49,933 nt of DNA from Flavobacteriales bacterium (GTDB lineage: Bacteria > Bacteroidota > Bacteroidia > Flavobacteriales_D > Sanyastnellaceae). Every line of letters begins with the position of its first letter. Within the stretch, counting starts at the first letter, position 1. The notes under the pieces were generated by a model. It did not search any database. It saw only the letters and a list, made by a program, of their open reading frames with translations, and was not told where the DNA came from. The stretch covers positions 1 to 49,933 of the forward strand of contig CANGEF010000001.1 in the NCBI GenBank assembly GCA_947452685.1, written 5' to 3'. Shown here piece after piece: positions 1 through 9,454 of this stretch. Made by a program: the position numbers and the translations under genes.

Positions 1-39
1 ATGCCGAAGCATCCTTTTCAATAATTTCGATTATAAAAA

Positions 40-2115
40 TCAATCTTCTGGGAAGAAACGGTAATCTTCAATTTCAGCTGCCTCACGAAGTGAATTAAAC
101 AACGTCGCCGGAGCACTCGCTTTTTGTCCACGCAATTTATCTTTTTTGAAAGAAACGTAGTTGTCTGGACTTTCAACTCGCGTTACATCTGCAGCACGTT
201 GAATAACATACACACCACCTTTTCCTTTGATAGGAGCAGAGATGTTTCCTGTTGGTAAACCGAAGGCAGCACCAATGGCAGCACTTTCAGTTTCTTGAAC
301 ACCACTGGTAGGAATGTTACGCATTGCCATGGAAAGGTTTTCGAAAGTCATGACTTGACCTGAAACTTTTCCAGCAATTTCTTCCATTGAACTGCCAGTC
401 ATCATAGCCATGTATTTTTCAGCTTTCTTCTCTTTAATTACTTCTTGCTTCACGCGATCGTAAACGTTGCGCAAAGAAGGAACTCCTTTTTCTTTGATTT
501 CCATTAAGCAAACAACAACAATTCCATCATCAACAGAAATAGGTTGCGAAATAGATCCTTCTTTGGTTTCAGGATTGTAGGTCCAACCAATAATTTCAGA
601 AGCACTTTGAACACCGCTTACAGCAGTGGCTTCAGGACGAACATTCGGAGAGTAGGTCAATCCACCATAGCTTTCAACAGCACCTGCACGGAAGCTTGCG
701 CTGTCGCTGTGGTTTTGAATGAAATCAACGGCTTTCTGATAAGTGTCTTTTTTAGTTGCAGCACTTGGCGAAATAGGTCTTTCAACTTGTGCGTAGTAAG
801 TCACCGCTTTAGGAGCTCCTTTCTTGGTTACTTCAATCAGGTGCGTTCCGAATTGCGTTTCTACAATTTGAAGGTCGCCTACTTTACCATTGAAACAGGC
901 TGCATCGAATTCAGGAACCATAGCTCCTCTTCCGAACATTCCAAGATCTCCACCTTTAACAGCAGACCCCGGGTCAGTGCTATACTTGGTAGCCATCTCA
1001 GCAAAATTCTTTTTGCCTTGAATAACTTTCTTCAAAGAGTCGGCTTTCGCTTTTCCAGCAGCACCTTTCTCTTTGAATAAAATGTGACGAGCTTGAACAG
1101 AGTCAATTTCAGTTCCGCGTGAAGTTAATTTAACAACGCGAGCAACACCTCCAGAAACAAACGGACCCATTACACGTCCAAGGCTATCAGTAAAGGCTTG
1201 TGAATTGAATGGCTCTGGGAAAGTTCCAAGTGCGTATTTAACTTTTGCAAAGGCAGGATTACCCGAGTTCGCAATAGCGAAAAGAGAATCTGCTTTCGCT
1301 GTTTTAGAGGCTTTGAATCCAACAGCAATAGTTTGAAGACTCTCAAGAGTAGCAGCACTATCTGAAGCGCTCGTAACCAAAGGAATGCGTACGTATGAAA
1401 TCGTGCGGCTTCTTTCCTGTTTGAAATCGCGATCGTTTTTGTGTTCGTTGTAGTAGTTCTCAATGTCATCATTCGAGAATGAAATTTCACTCTCCATAAT
1501 TTGAGCGTAAGGCTTAACAACGTAAACTATTGCAGCTTTGTCGTTCGACTGGTGGAACAAACTCTTTGCATCCAAAGAGTTTACATAGGCACCTGCACCT
1601 ACTAAAGCATCGTACTTTTCTTTCAAGCGCTTTTCAATAACCAATCTTCTGTATCCAGTGAACAGGTTAGGCTTTTCAGTTTCCATTTTCTTGAAACTTT
1701 CACGCATCTGCTCTTTGAATGGCAACGAGTCTTGTCCTTGGTAGAACGTGCTTTTTACGTAAGAGCTTAAGAAGTTACCGAAAAGAATTTCATCCAACTC
1801 TTCATCAGTTACCATTAAGCCTAAGCTTTGGTACTCGGGTTGAAGAAGGGTGTTTTCAATTAAGTTGTTCCATACATCGTTTTCCAAACCGTGGGCTTGG
1901 CTGTTGTTGTAACTGAACAATTCAGACTGCTCTTGAAGCATAGCTCTCCATTGGTCTTGCTTAATGCTCTCGCCATTAATTACACCAACTTTATCTGATG
2001 GGCCACCGAACATAGCCATTACAGCATCATACGGTATTAAGAAGCCGACAATACCAATGCCGACTAGGGCTAGTACTAGCCATCCTTGTTTACGAAGGGT
2101 TGAAATCATTGCCAT
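40..2115 (-). CDS. ppiD: Membrane-anchored periplasmic chaperone / peptidylprolyl isomerase (PpiD-like, parvulin domain)
   Basis: 691-aa ORF with ATG at 2113-2115. N-terminal TM helix (WLVLALVGIGIVGFLI) and a long SurA-N-like region. Parvulin signature ARHILF...GGDLGMFGRGAMVPEFD...QFGTHLIEV. Confidence 0.8.
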   Translation of the reverse strand: MAMISTLRKQGWLVLALVGIGIVGFLIPYDAVMAMFGGPSDKVGVINGESIKQDQWRAMLQEQSELFSYNNSQAHGLENDVWNNLIENTLLQPEYQSLGLMVTDEELDEILFGNFLSSYVKSTFYQGQDSLPFKEQMRESFKKMETEKPNLFTGYRRLVIEKRLKEKYDALVGAGAYVNSLDAKSLFHQSNDKAAIVYVVKPYAQIMESEISFSNDDIENYYNEHKNDRDFKQERSRTISYVRIPLVTSASDSAATLESLQTIAVGFKASKTAKADSLFAIANSGNPAFAKVKYALGTFPEPFNSQAFTDSLGRVMGPFVSGGVARVVKLTSRGTEIDSVQARHILFKEKGAAGKAKADSLKKVIQGKKNFAEMATKYSTDPGSAVKGGDLGMFGRGAMVPEFDAACFNGKVGDLQIVETQFGTHLIEVTKKGAPKAVTYYAQVERPISPSAATKKDTYQKAVDFIQNHSDSASFRAGAVESYGGLTYSPNVRPEATAVSGVQSASEIIGWTYNPETKEGSISQPISVDDGIVVVCLMEIKEKGVPSLRNVYDRVKQEVIKEKKAEKYMAMMTGSSMEEIAGKVSGQVMTFENLSMAMRNIPTSGVQETESAAIGAAFGLPTGNISAPIKGKGGVYVIQRAADVTRVESPDNYVSFKKDKLRGQKASAPATLFNSLREAAEIEDYRFFPED

Positions 2116-2191
2116 AGTTATGGACTATAAAAATTAGGAGTGCGAATATCGGAAATTTGCTCGAAAATTCCTTGTTTTTTTTTAGGTAGGG

Positions 2192-3496
2192 TTAGCTATT
2201 TGTCAATTCTTCAATATTTTGAAGCTGAACTAGCTTAATCTGACGCTCATTAACGGCGAGAATAGTGAAGCGGTAACGGTCAATAACGAATTCCTGATTG
2301 ACCTCGGGAAAACCTTGATGGAAGTTTAGAATAAGTCCGCCAAGCGTGTCGTACTGTTCTTCATTTTCGGGAAGTTCCAATTTGTATTTTTCATTGATGT
2401 AATGAACATCAAGTCTTCCAGCGAATTCATACCAGCCTTTAGATACTTCGCGCTCCACGTTGTCTATGGTGTCGTGCTCGTCTTCAATTTCACCAAAAAT
2501 TTCTTCAATAATATCTTCAAAGGTTATAAGTCCGCTGGTTCCACCGAATTCATCTACCACCGCAGCAACACTTTTTTTCTGGCTCCGAAAAATCTTTAAA
2601 ATCTCATTGGCCGCCATGGGTTCTGGAACAATGGCAATTGGACGAAGAATTTCTTTGATCTCTTTCGGATTTTTAAAGAAGTCGCTGAAATGAACATAGC
2701 CGATCAGTTGGTCTATGTTTTCACGGTAAACAATGATTTTAGAAAGTTTCGTTTCAATAAAAAGAGCCTTGGCTTTCGCAATGCTTTCGGCAATGTCAAT
2801 GGCCACAATTTCATTCCGAGGCAACATGCAATCACGCGCCTTCAACAAAGAAAAATCAAGTGCGTTTTGAAAGAACTGAATCTCAAGGTCTAGCTCTTTC
2901 TGCTGAGAATTAGCTCCTGTAAAGCCTTCCAAATAGTGGTTCAAATCTGTTCTTCCGAAAACCACATTTTGTTCTTTGGGCGAATTCCTGAACAGCATGG
3001 AAATAATCCACTCGCTAACTTTCGTTACACTGTATGCGAAAACAAACAAGATCGCGTACCAGATAGCAATGAGCGGTGAAAGACGAAGCAGCCACTTGTT
3101 CGGTTGAGAGGAAAGCAGCGCTTTCGGAATGAATTCACCAAAAATTAAAACCACCAAGGTGGAAACGATGGTCTGAAAAATAAGCACTCCGTAATTTCCA
3201 ATGGCTTGATCTAATTGGGGGAAATTCGTATCAAGAATGTTGGTCAACACATCTCCGAAAACTATTCCATAAATAACCAAGGAAATGTTATTTCCAACCA
3301 GGAGCATGGCTAAAAATATTTTTGGTTTCCCAACAAGCGAGGAAAGAATGGAAGCACCAAAGACACCTTGCTTTTTGTCTAACTCAATTTTTAATTTGTT
3401 GGAAGTGAGAAACGCAATTTCAACACCTGAATAAAAGGCGCATCCGACAAGGGTACCAAGAATAATGAATATCTGAGATGCTTCTAAATTACCCAT
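2192..3496 (-). CDS. Hemolysin-family membrane protein (CNNM/DUF21 TM domain + CBS pair + CorC_HlyC C-terminal domain)
   Basis: 434 aa with an ATG start. Four N-terminal TM helices, then a CBS-like region (ARDCMLPRNEIVAIDI...LIGYVHFSDF) and a CorC/HlyC-type tail (VDEFGGTSGLITFEDIIEEIFGEIEDEHD). It could be a GldE paralogue, but no gldD is adjacent. Confidence 0.8.
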   Translation of the reverse strand: MGNLEASQIFIILGTLVGCAFYSGVEIAFLTSNKLKIELDKKQGVFGASILSSLVGKPKIFLAMLLVGNNISLVIYGIVFGDVLTNILDTNFPQLDQAIGNYGVLIFQTIVSTLVVLIFGEFIPKALLSSQPNKWLLRLSPLIAIWYAILFVFAYSVTKVSEWIISMLFRNSPKEQNVVFGRTDLNHYLEGFTGANSQQKELDLEIQFFQNALDFSLLKARDCMLPRNEIVAIDIAESIAKAKALFIETKLSKIIVYRENIDQLIGYVHFSDFFKNPKEIKEILRPIAIVPEPMAANEILKIFRSQKKSVAAVVDEFGGTSGLITFEDIIEEIFGEIEDEHDTIDNVEREVSKGWYEFAGRLDVHYINEKYKLELPENEEQYDTLGGLILNFHQGFPEVNQEFVIDRYRFTILAVNERQIKLVQLQNIEELTNS

Positions 3497-3683
3497 TGTT
3501 CTTGTTCATTCTGCGATACATGCCTAAACGAAAGAGGAACCACATGAGTGCAATTCCAGGAATAAATAAATTGTCGGCACCTTTATCCCAACCTACTTGC
3601 GAGATCATGTAAAGGGCATAACCAAAAGAGGCAACCACCACTATGGCCCAAGCCACTAACACTATTTTATTTAAATTATTCAT
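3489..3683 (-). CDS. Small predicted two-TM membrane protein (hypothetical)
   Basis: The track ORF starts at a TTG (3698). The first ATG is at 3683 (MNNLNKIVLVAWAIVVVASFGY...IPGIALMWFLFRLGMY). It overlaps both neighbours by 8 nt, which suggests translational coupling. I recognise no family. Confidence 0.4.
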   Translation of the reverse strand: MNNLNKIVLVAWAIVVVASFGYALYMISQVGWDKGADNLFIPGIALMWFLFRLGMYRRMNKNNG

Positions 3684-4227
3684 TGTTCTGGGTGTCAAAG
3701 TTACCCGATGTTTGGTTTATTTCATAATTGGAAAATGAACCGTTGCTTCGCAACCCCGTTCCTTCAAGCACGCTGTTCTCGGAAGTTATTCGAACAAAAT
3801 TCGGCGTGTAAACTAAGTCAGAGTCTAAATAAAAGGTAAGCGAAGTTGTCTCTAATTTTTCTTTTTTCCAGTTTTCTAAAACAAGGTCTCCCTTGGTCCA
3901 GAGGATGTTGCTTTTTTGAGAAAAGATGGCTTCGTTGCCTTTCATGGTGCCGGTGTATTCTCCAAGTGAATCGAAGAACTGAATATAGAAAGACTTCGGA
4001 GCAATCAAATAAGAGCTGTCACTCACGTATTGATCCAATTGAACGGCGTAAATTTTAGTTCGAATTACACCATCGCTGGAGTAGCTGAAGCATGAGTTGA
4101 AGGTGCTTTGAACAGGAACAAGTTTGGGGTCAGTAATCGCCTTGATTTCTGAAATTTCATTCTGACAACCTGCCAAAACGAACACAACCGCAAATGCGAT
4201 AGCTATTTTCCTGAAGGGGTTAATCAT
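3676..4227 (-). CDS. LptC-like periplasmic/lipoprotein component of LPS export (putative)
   Basis: Internal ATG at 4227 of track ORF 3676..4542. It gives MINPFRKIAIAFAVVFVLAGCQNE, a signal peptide plus lipobox Cys, and about 183 aa. The longer ORF would overlap the upstream barrel gene by more than 300 nt. Size, beta-rich sequence and the position in the coaX...hemolysin...ppiD cluster fit bacteroidetal LptC. Confidence 0.55.
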   Translation of the reverse strand: MINPFRKIAIAFAVVFVLAGCQNEISEIKAITDPKLVPVQSTFNSCFSYSSDGVIRTKIYAVQLDQYVSDSSYLIAPKSFYIQFFDSLGEYTGTMKGNEAIFSQKSNILWTKGDLVLENWKKEKLETTSLTFYLDSDLVYTPNFVRITSENSVLEGTGLRSNGSFSNYEINQTSGNFDTQNNE

Positions 4228-5581
4228 ACTTTCTCTGCACGAACCAACGCTCGAACGGATGAAGTTTAAAACCAATAAGGAATGCGGCGTAGTTCTCTTT
4301 GGTTGCAATTTCAGTTGCGTTGCCGTAAGTTCCGAATTCTGCAGAAATGCAAAGCGTGCTGGTGGTTTTGGAAGAACGCATGGGCATTTGCAGTCCGCAT
4401 GTAAACGCTTCTTGAACAATGTTGTTTCCGTTAATTCCAACATAGGTATGAGCAGACTTAATACCAACGCGATAGGTGCAGGCACCGAAGTAATTGTTTT
4501 CTCCACCGTTGGCATTGGGTATGTATTCAAGTCCCAATCCAATGTTTTTCGAATTGTGAAAGCTTTGTGTATTTACTTGAACAAGCGAGTTGAGATTTTC
4601 AACAGACTTCCAATCTTGTTCGCGATAAGAAGCACTAAGCGAAAGGGTTCCCGATTTTTTAAACTCATGGGTTACGGCTGCTCCCAATTGAATGCGTTGA
4701 GGAAGCACAAACGACAGTTGAGTATACGTGGTGTCTAAAATGGTGTGCACCGCCAACTCTACGCCCGAAACAGTCCGTGTAGATTGACGAATGTCTTGAA
4801 CCTTCGGGTTAATGTTGTTTTGTAATTCGTATGTTCCAGCTAAATGGAACCAAGTAGAGCGAGTAACTTTTCCAGCTGCTTTTCTTTGATGAATAGGGAA
4901 GGAGTAATGCGCTCCAAAAGTAAAGTTCGCGTCTGAAATAGACTTGCGATTGGTAAACTTGCTATTGAACACCGAAGTGTTATCGAAAATAATTCGGTCT
5001 ACTTGTAAAATAGAACCGAAACGGAAATTCAAATTCGTTCCAACGGAAAGGGTGTGCGTTCGGGCATGCGTGCTGTCTGCATGAAGAATAAACGTTCGAG
5101 CAAATCCCATTTGAACTTTGTTAATTCCACCTTCCCCCGAATAGCTATATTTTGCTCGAAGGCTGTCGTTAATGGTTGTTACATTTGAGAACTGATACCC
5201 GACAACGCTTTCCGGAGTAATGCCCATAGCAAATCCCCATTTGCTTCCTGCACGTTTAAATCCAAATGCAATTTCGCCTACCTGACCACCCAAGTAGTTG
5301 GTGTGTCCGTTTGTTGAAAGTAATTGCGAACTTTTCGCAAAAACACTGCCTTGAAACGTCGTTTCAGCGAACAATGCAAACGAAGCAGGGTTCGATAAAT
5401 TCACGCCAGAGAAATCCGGTAGAGCAATAGACGCGTTCCCCATGGAAGAATAACGCGGATTAAAACCAATGTCTGTTAACCCAATTCCGAATCGCGAATA
5501 CGGAGAGTTTACAGGAATTTGAGCTTGCATGCGCATGCACATTGCCGAAATCAAAATAAGAAAAATAGCTTTAAGATTCAT
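4220..5581 (-). CDS. Outer-membrane beta-barrel protein (putative porin/FadL-like, unassigned family)
   Basis: The ATG at 5581 gives the signal peptide MNLKAIFLILISAMCMRMQAQ. The 453-aa sequence has the alternating aromatic/Gly-rich pattern typical of OM barrels (SPYSRFGIGL...). The first 9 codons of the track ORF overlap coaX. Confidence 0.6.
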   Translation of the reverse strand: MNLKAIFLILISAMCMRMQAQIPVNSPYSRFGIGLTDIGFNPRYSSMGNASIALPDFSGVNLSNPASFALFAETTFQGSVFAKSSQLLSTNGHTNYLGGQVGEIAFGFKRAGSKWGFAMGITPESVVGYQFSNVTTINDSLRAKYSYSGEGGINKVQMGFARTFILHADSTHARTHTLSVGTNLNFRFGSILQVDRIIFDNTSVFNSKFTNRKSISDANFTFGAHYSFPIHQRKAAGKVTRSTWFHLAGTYELQNNINPKVQDIRQSTRTVSGVELAVHTILDTTYTQLSFVLPQRIQLGAAVTHEFKKSGTLSLSASYREQDWKSVENLNSLVQVNTQSFHNSKNIGLGLEYIPNANGGENNYFGACTYRVGIKSAHTYVGINGNNIVQEAFTCGLQMPMRSSKTTSTLCISAEFGTYGNATEIATKENYAAFLIGFKLHPFERWFVQRKYD

Positions 5582-6281
5582 TCGCACAAGAGATGGCATA
5601 CAATCCAATTAATGTTAAATTCAATTCTACAAAGATGCGGTAATTCAACTGTTTCGCAAAATGCTGTGCATCGGTTCCGGTAAATACGACCGTAATTTCA
5701 GACATTTCAGACATTGCATATTCAATATAGCCCTTCAACTCTGAGAGTATTCCAAAGTTCACGCTGCTAAGCATGGCGCCTTGGGTAGAGTTGTCAAACT
5801 GCTTGGTAGTTTCGGTTAATTCAAGAAACGGCAACTGCCCTGTGTATTCATGCATGGCACGCAATCGAGCTTGTGCACCAAGGGAAATAGCGCCGCCCAG
5901 TAATTCGTTGTTTCTTCCAATGGAATAGGTGATGCACGTGCCGAAGTCAACCACGAGCGATTCATTTTTACCGAATAAAGATGTTGCCCCGGCCACATTA
6001 GCCAAACGATCTTTTCCAGCAACACCAGTGGTGTAACTGTAGGTTGGATAGTTTTCATTTGGAAGCGGTTGGCAGAAAGTGAAACGAGCTAAAAAAGATT
6101 GTTGCTCCGAATCGCTTCGAACAGAAGAATAAAAAAAAGGAATAGGATGTTTCGCGCTTAATTGATTAAGAACGATTTCTGCAATTTCATCAGGAATTTT
6201 TCCAGATTCACACAGGATATCGTTTTGGAAAAGACCCCATTTAATAGAGGTGTTTCCCTGATCTAAAACAATGCAATTCAT
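5571..6281 (-). CDS. coaX: Type III pantothenate kinase
   Basis: ATG at 6281 (the track starts at a TTG at 6290). Motifs: IVLDQGNTSIKWGLF, GKDRLANVAGA and VVDFGTCITYS, characteristic of CoaX (ASKHA fold). Confidence 0.85.
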   Translation of the reverse strand: MNCIVLDQGNTSIKWGLFQNDILCESGKIPDEIAEIVLNQLSAKHPIPFFYSSVRSDSEQQSFLARFTFCQPLPNENYPTYSYTTGVAGKDRLANVAGATSLFGKNESLVVDFGTCITYSIGRNNELLGGAISLGAQARLRAMHEYTGQLPFLELTETTKQFDNSTQGAMLSSVNFGILSELKGYIEYAMSEMSEITVVFTGTDAQHFAKQLNYRIFVELNLTLIGLYAISCANES

Positions 6282-6290
6282 GGGGTGCAA

Positions 6291-8369
6291 TTAGTTTTTA
6301 AGAACCGTTACCAGCCCTCTTCTTTCATGCAGAACACCGCGGCCATCTTTCACAGTAATGTAATAGACGTATGGGTTTTCATGAACATAATCCCCATTCA
6401 TTTGACCGTCCCACTTTTCTGAAAGCTTCGTTGTTTCGAAAATATAATCGCCCCAACGACTAAAAATATTCATCGAATATTTAGTGGTGTCGGCAAACGA
6501 GATTACAGGAAAAAAAAGGTTGTTATTGCCGTTAATGACCATGGCATTCGGAACCCAAATGAGCGGCTCTTGATCCAAACATTTTTTGTTGCTGTATGCT
6601 GAAAATGTTTCTCCAGGAAAATAACTAATCGGCTCTGAATTCGCTTGAATACGGTAACAGAATTGTCCTTTGGACGCAATGAACGGTTCCAAATTATCTG
6701 AAAAAGCAAGATGAATTGAATTGGTAGAAAAGGCTTGAGTCTCAGCACCGCCATCTACAGCACGCAAAACCAAGTATTCTAGCGAACCATTTTCCCAATC
6801 GCCGTATTCAGACCAGAGCAGATTATTCACCAGAAGATCGGAGAGGTTCTCGCCACGCAAGCGAATGTTTCGACCCGTATTCGTGGTGTCAATGTAATAT
6901 CCACATGGGTTTTGAACAATAACCCTGTAATCGTAAATAATGTCATCTGAATTGACGTCGGTATCGGTAAAAACAACATTCGTTGCAGACAGAGTAATAT
7001 CCATGTGGTATTCCCAATCGTAAGGTGCATATAAATTTTTACGTTGAAGGATATACTTATGAGGCACCGCAGTTGATTCTGTTCGAACCGTTATTTCAAT
7101 ATTTTTTGCAGCGTTTACACTTACTGAAGTGATGTAGTTTATTGCGGGCGGATTGGGGTAAGATACATTTATGGTTTGAATGTTCGATGATGAAACAGCT
7201 CCGGTATTTGAATACCCGACTACGCCGTAATAATGCATGCCCGATGAAATGGTATTGAACGCGTGTACACCCTGAAGCAGTGTTCCATCTACGGTGTCTA
7301 CCGGTGTGAAATTAACGCCATCTGTGCTGTGAACAACAACGTAATAATCAACGCCCGAATTCCATCCCGAATAGGCGCTCCATGAAAAATCTATGCTGGT
7401 GTCACACAAAGTATAGCTCGAAGGATTTAGAAAGATTGTGCAGTTGCAGACGCTTCCGGTTGGACTGGTGTTCGGACTAGGAGGAGTTCCGGAATAGCAG
7501 GTGTCAATGGCTGAAAGTAAATAACATTCAGGTCCACTGCTTGGTGTAGAAAGTAGATCGCTAAACAAGGTGTTATTTATTCCAAATACAGTGTCAATTA
7601 AATTCACTGTTGAGCCGTTACAGGCGTAAACAATGTATCCATCGGTATCACCAGAAGTATTGACATTCCAATTTAATTCTGCTAAACCGGTCACTGGATT
7701 AACCGTAACACTTGTTATGGTTGGAATGGCAGGTGCGGTCTGATCGTTAAAAATTCCACCAGCGATGTTACTTGCGAAATCGCAGTTGGGAAGTCCCGTG
7801 TATCTAATTTGAAAATTAAGTTGCTCTCCACAAACGGTCACCTCATAATTTGAAGTCGTTGCTGTTCCAGGAAGTGTTGAAACTTTATTCCACACTCCTG
7901 CTGGATATTCTAGCCAGACTTCCGCATTTACCGCGGCCTGCCAAGCGGCATTGTTTGTGGGTGTGTTCCATTGAAGGTTCACAAATCCAGGAGGAGATAC
8001 AGACGCGGAGGCAGTTAGAAAAGTGCTGCAAAAGGTAGATGAATTGGAAAAGGTCGGAGTGCCTGCAATATTGTCTTCGGTTTGAATGTAGACACAACAA
8101 GATTGGCTTAACGCATTAGCACCGGCGAAGACATAAGTTCCCGATAAGTTAGTTGATTGGGTTACTTCTGAAAAAGTCCCTGCAGCATTTGAAGCAAAAA
8201 TATGATTGGTTACAAACGTAGCAGGGTTGGAAGAAGTGTACCAAGAAATACTTAAAGCGTTTCCTTGAACTTCAAGGCAAGTAAGGGTTGCAGACGATTG
8301 CCCTTGGATGTTCACAGTCCAAAGAAAAACGAACGACAGCACACATGCTAAGATAATTTTCCCTTTCAT
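6291..8369 (-). CDS. T9SS cargo: secreted multi-(FN3/Ig-like)-domain protein with type-B C-terminal domain (gliding motility-associated CTD)
   Basis: The ATG at 8369 gives the signal peptide MKGKIILACVLSFVFLWTVNIQGQ. Repeated W-containing beta-sandwich modules (NLQWNTP, ELNWNVN, DFSWSAYSGW, LLWSEYGDW). The C-terminus IWVPNAMVINGNNNLFFPV...IFSRWGDYIFET...WDGQMNGDYV...YVYYITV...RGLVTVLKN matches the TIGR04131-type CTD. Confidence 0.8.
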   Translation of the reverse strand: MKGKIILACVLSFVFLWTVNIQGQSSATLTCLEVQGNALSISWYTSSNPATFVTNHIFASNAAGTFSEVTQSTNLSGTYVFAGANALSQSCCVYIQTEDNIAGTPTFSNSSTFCSTFLTASASVSPPGFVNLQWNTPTNNAAWQAAVNAEVWLEYPAGVWNKVSTLPGTATTSNYEVTVCGEQLNFQIRYTGLPNCDFASNIAGGIFNDQTAPAIPTITSVTVNPVTGLAELNWNVNTSGDTDGYIVYACNGSTVNLIDTVFGINNTLFSDLLSTPSSGPECYLLSAIDTCYSGTPPSPNTSPTGSVCNCTIFLNPSSYTLCDTSIDFSWSAYSGWNSGVDYYVVVHSTDGVNFTPVDTVDGTLLQGVHAFNTISSGMHYYGVVGYSNTGAVSSSNIQTINVSYPNPPAINYITSVSVNAAKNIEITVRTESTAVPHKYILQRKNLYAPYDWEYHMDITLSATNVVFTDTDVNSDDIIYDYRVIVQNPCGYYIDTTNTGRNIRLRGENLSDLLVNNLLWSEYGDWENGSLEYLVLRAVDGGAETQAFSTNSIHLAFSDNLEPFIASKGQFCYRIQANSEPISYFPGETFSAYSNKKCLDQEPLIWVPNAMVINGNNNLFFPVISFADTTKYSMNIFSRWGDYIFETTKLSEKWDGQMNGDYVHENPYVYYITVKDGRGVLHERRGLVTVLKN

Positions 8370-8429
8370 TGTTATTGAAGAGTGCAAAAATAGGCCTTCG
8401 GTTGCATAGATGGCCAAATTCAAACGGAA

Positions 8430-9374
8430 TTAAAATGAAATATTGCCTACTGCCTTTTGTGCCACTTGAAATTCGGCAATGGTTTGCTCAATAACCTCTT
8501 GAGCAGACACTATTCCTTTAATTCTTGCACTCACCTGCCCAATCTCTAGTTCTCCCTCTTCCAGATCTCCTAGAGACATGCCTTTTTTCGCTCGTCCTCT
8601 TCCAAGTAGTTCTTTCAATTCTTCAATGGATGCTCCCGATTCATAGGCGGCTAGCACTTCTTGGTAGAACGGACTGTTCAGCAAGCGAACGGGAGTTATT
8701 TCATGAAGGGTAAGCTTCGTGTCTCCTTCCTTTGCCTGCAAAATTGCGTTTTTGAAATTATCGTGTGCAGCAGATTCATGGGTCATGACAAACCGGGAAC
8801 CCATCTGAACTCCTTGAGCCCCGAGAGACATAGCTGCCAGCATACTTTTTCCACAAGAAATTCCACCGGCTGCAATAACAGGAATGGAAACCGTTTCAAC
8901 AACATTTGGAATTAAACAAAGTGTCGTTGTTTCCTCTCTTCCATTATGTCCACCCGCCTCGAAACCCTCGGCTACAACAGCGTCTACGCCTGCTTCTTGG
9001 GATTTTAATGCGAAGGAACTGCTGCTAACAACATGGGCCACTTTTATTCCTGAAGCCTTGAGGCGTTCGGTGTATTTTTTCGGGCTTCCTGCCGAAGTAA
9101 AAACGATGGGAATGCGATACTTTTCAATCAACGAAATGTGCTCTTCAATGTTCGGATAAAGCAAGGGAAGGTTTACACCAAAAGGCTTGCTTGTTTGCTG
9201 AAGGCAGGCCTTAATTTCCGCTTCAAGTTGATCTGGATACATGGAACCAGCGCCCAAAAGCCCAAGTCCACCCGCATTGGAAACGGCGCTTACCAAATTC
9301 GCTCCCGTGCACCAAATCATTCCCCCTTGAATAATGGGGTACTTGATTCCAAAAAGTTGACTGACTGAATTCAT
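8430..9374 (-). CDS. NAD(P)H-dependent flavin oxidoreductase, nitronate monooxygenase family (FabK-like enoyl-ACP reductase II candidate)
   Basis: 314 aa. N-terminal YPIIQGGMIWCTGANLVSAVSNAGGLGLLGAG, GFEAGGH, and the FMN-binding IPVIAAGGI...GAQGVQMGSRF. Confidence 0.8.
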   Translation of the reverse strand: MNSVSQLFGIKYPIIQGGMIWCTGANLVSAVSNAGGLGLLGAGSMYPDQLEAEIKACLQQTSKPFGVNLPLLYPNIEEHISLIEKYRIPIVFTSAGSPKKYTERLKASGIKVAHVVSSSSFALKSQEAGVDAVVAEGFEAGGHNGREETTTLCLIPNVVETVSIPVIAAGGISCGKSMLAAMSLGAQGVQMGSRFVMTHESAAHDNFKNAILQAKEGDTKLTLHEITPVRLLNSPFYQEVLAAYESGASIEELKELLGRGRAKKGMSLGDLEEGELEIGQVSARIKGIVSAQEVIEQTIAEFQVAQKAVGNISF

Positions 9375-9454
9375 GTTGAAATTTTCTCCAAAAATGCGAA
9401 AAACAATTGAGTGACGGAAATTGTTGATTATCTTAGCGAACGACTTTACCCAAA

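Noticed and set aside
3676-4542. A 288-aa ORF overlapping the 3' end of the upstream barrel gene by more than 300 nt.
   Set aside because: Only the part from the internal ATG at 4227 looks genuine, with a signal peptide and lipobox. The N-terminal 105 codons read through the antisense-free overlap of the neighbouring gene and have no protein-like features. I annotated the short form.
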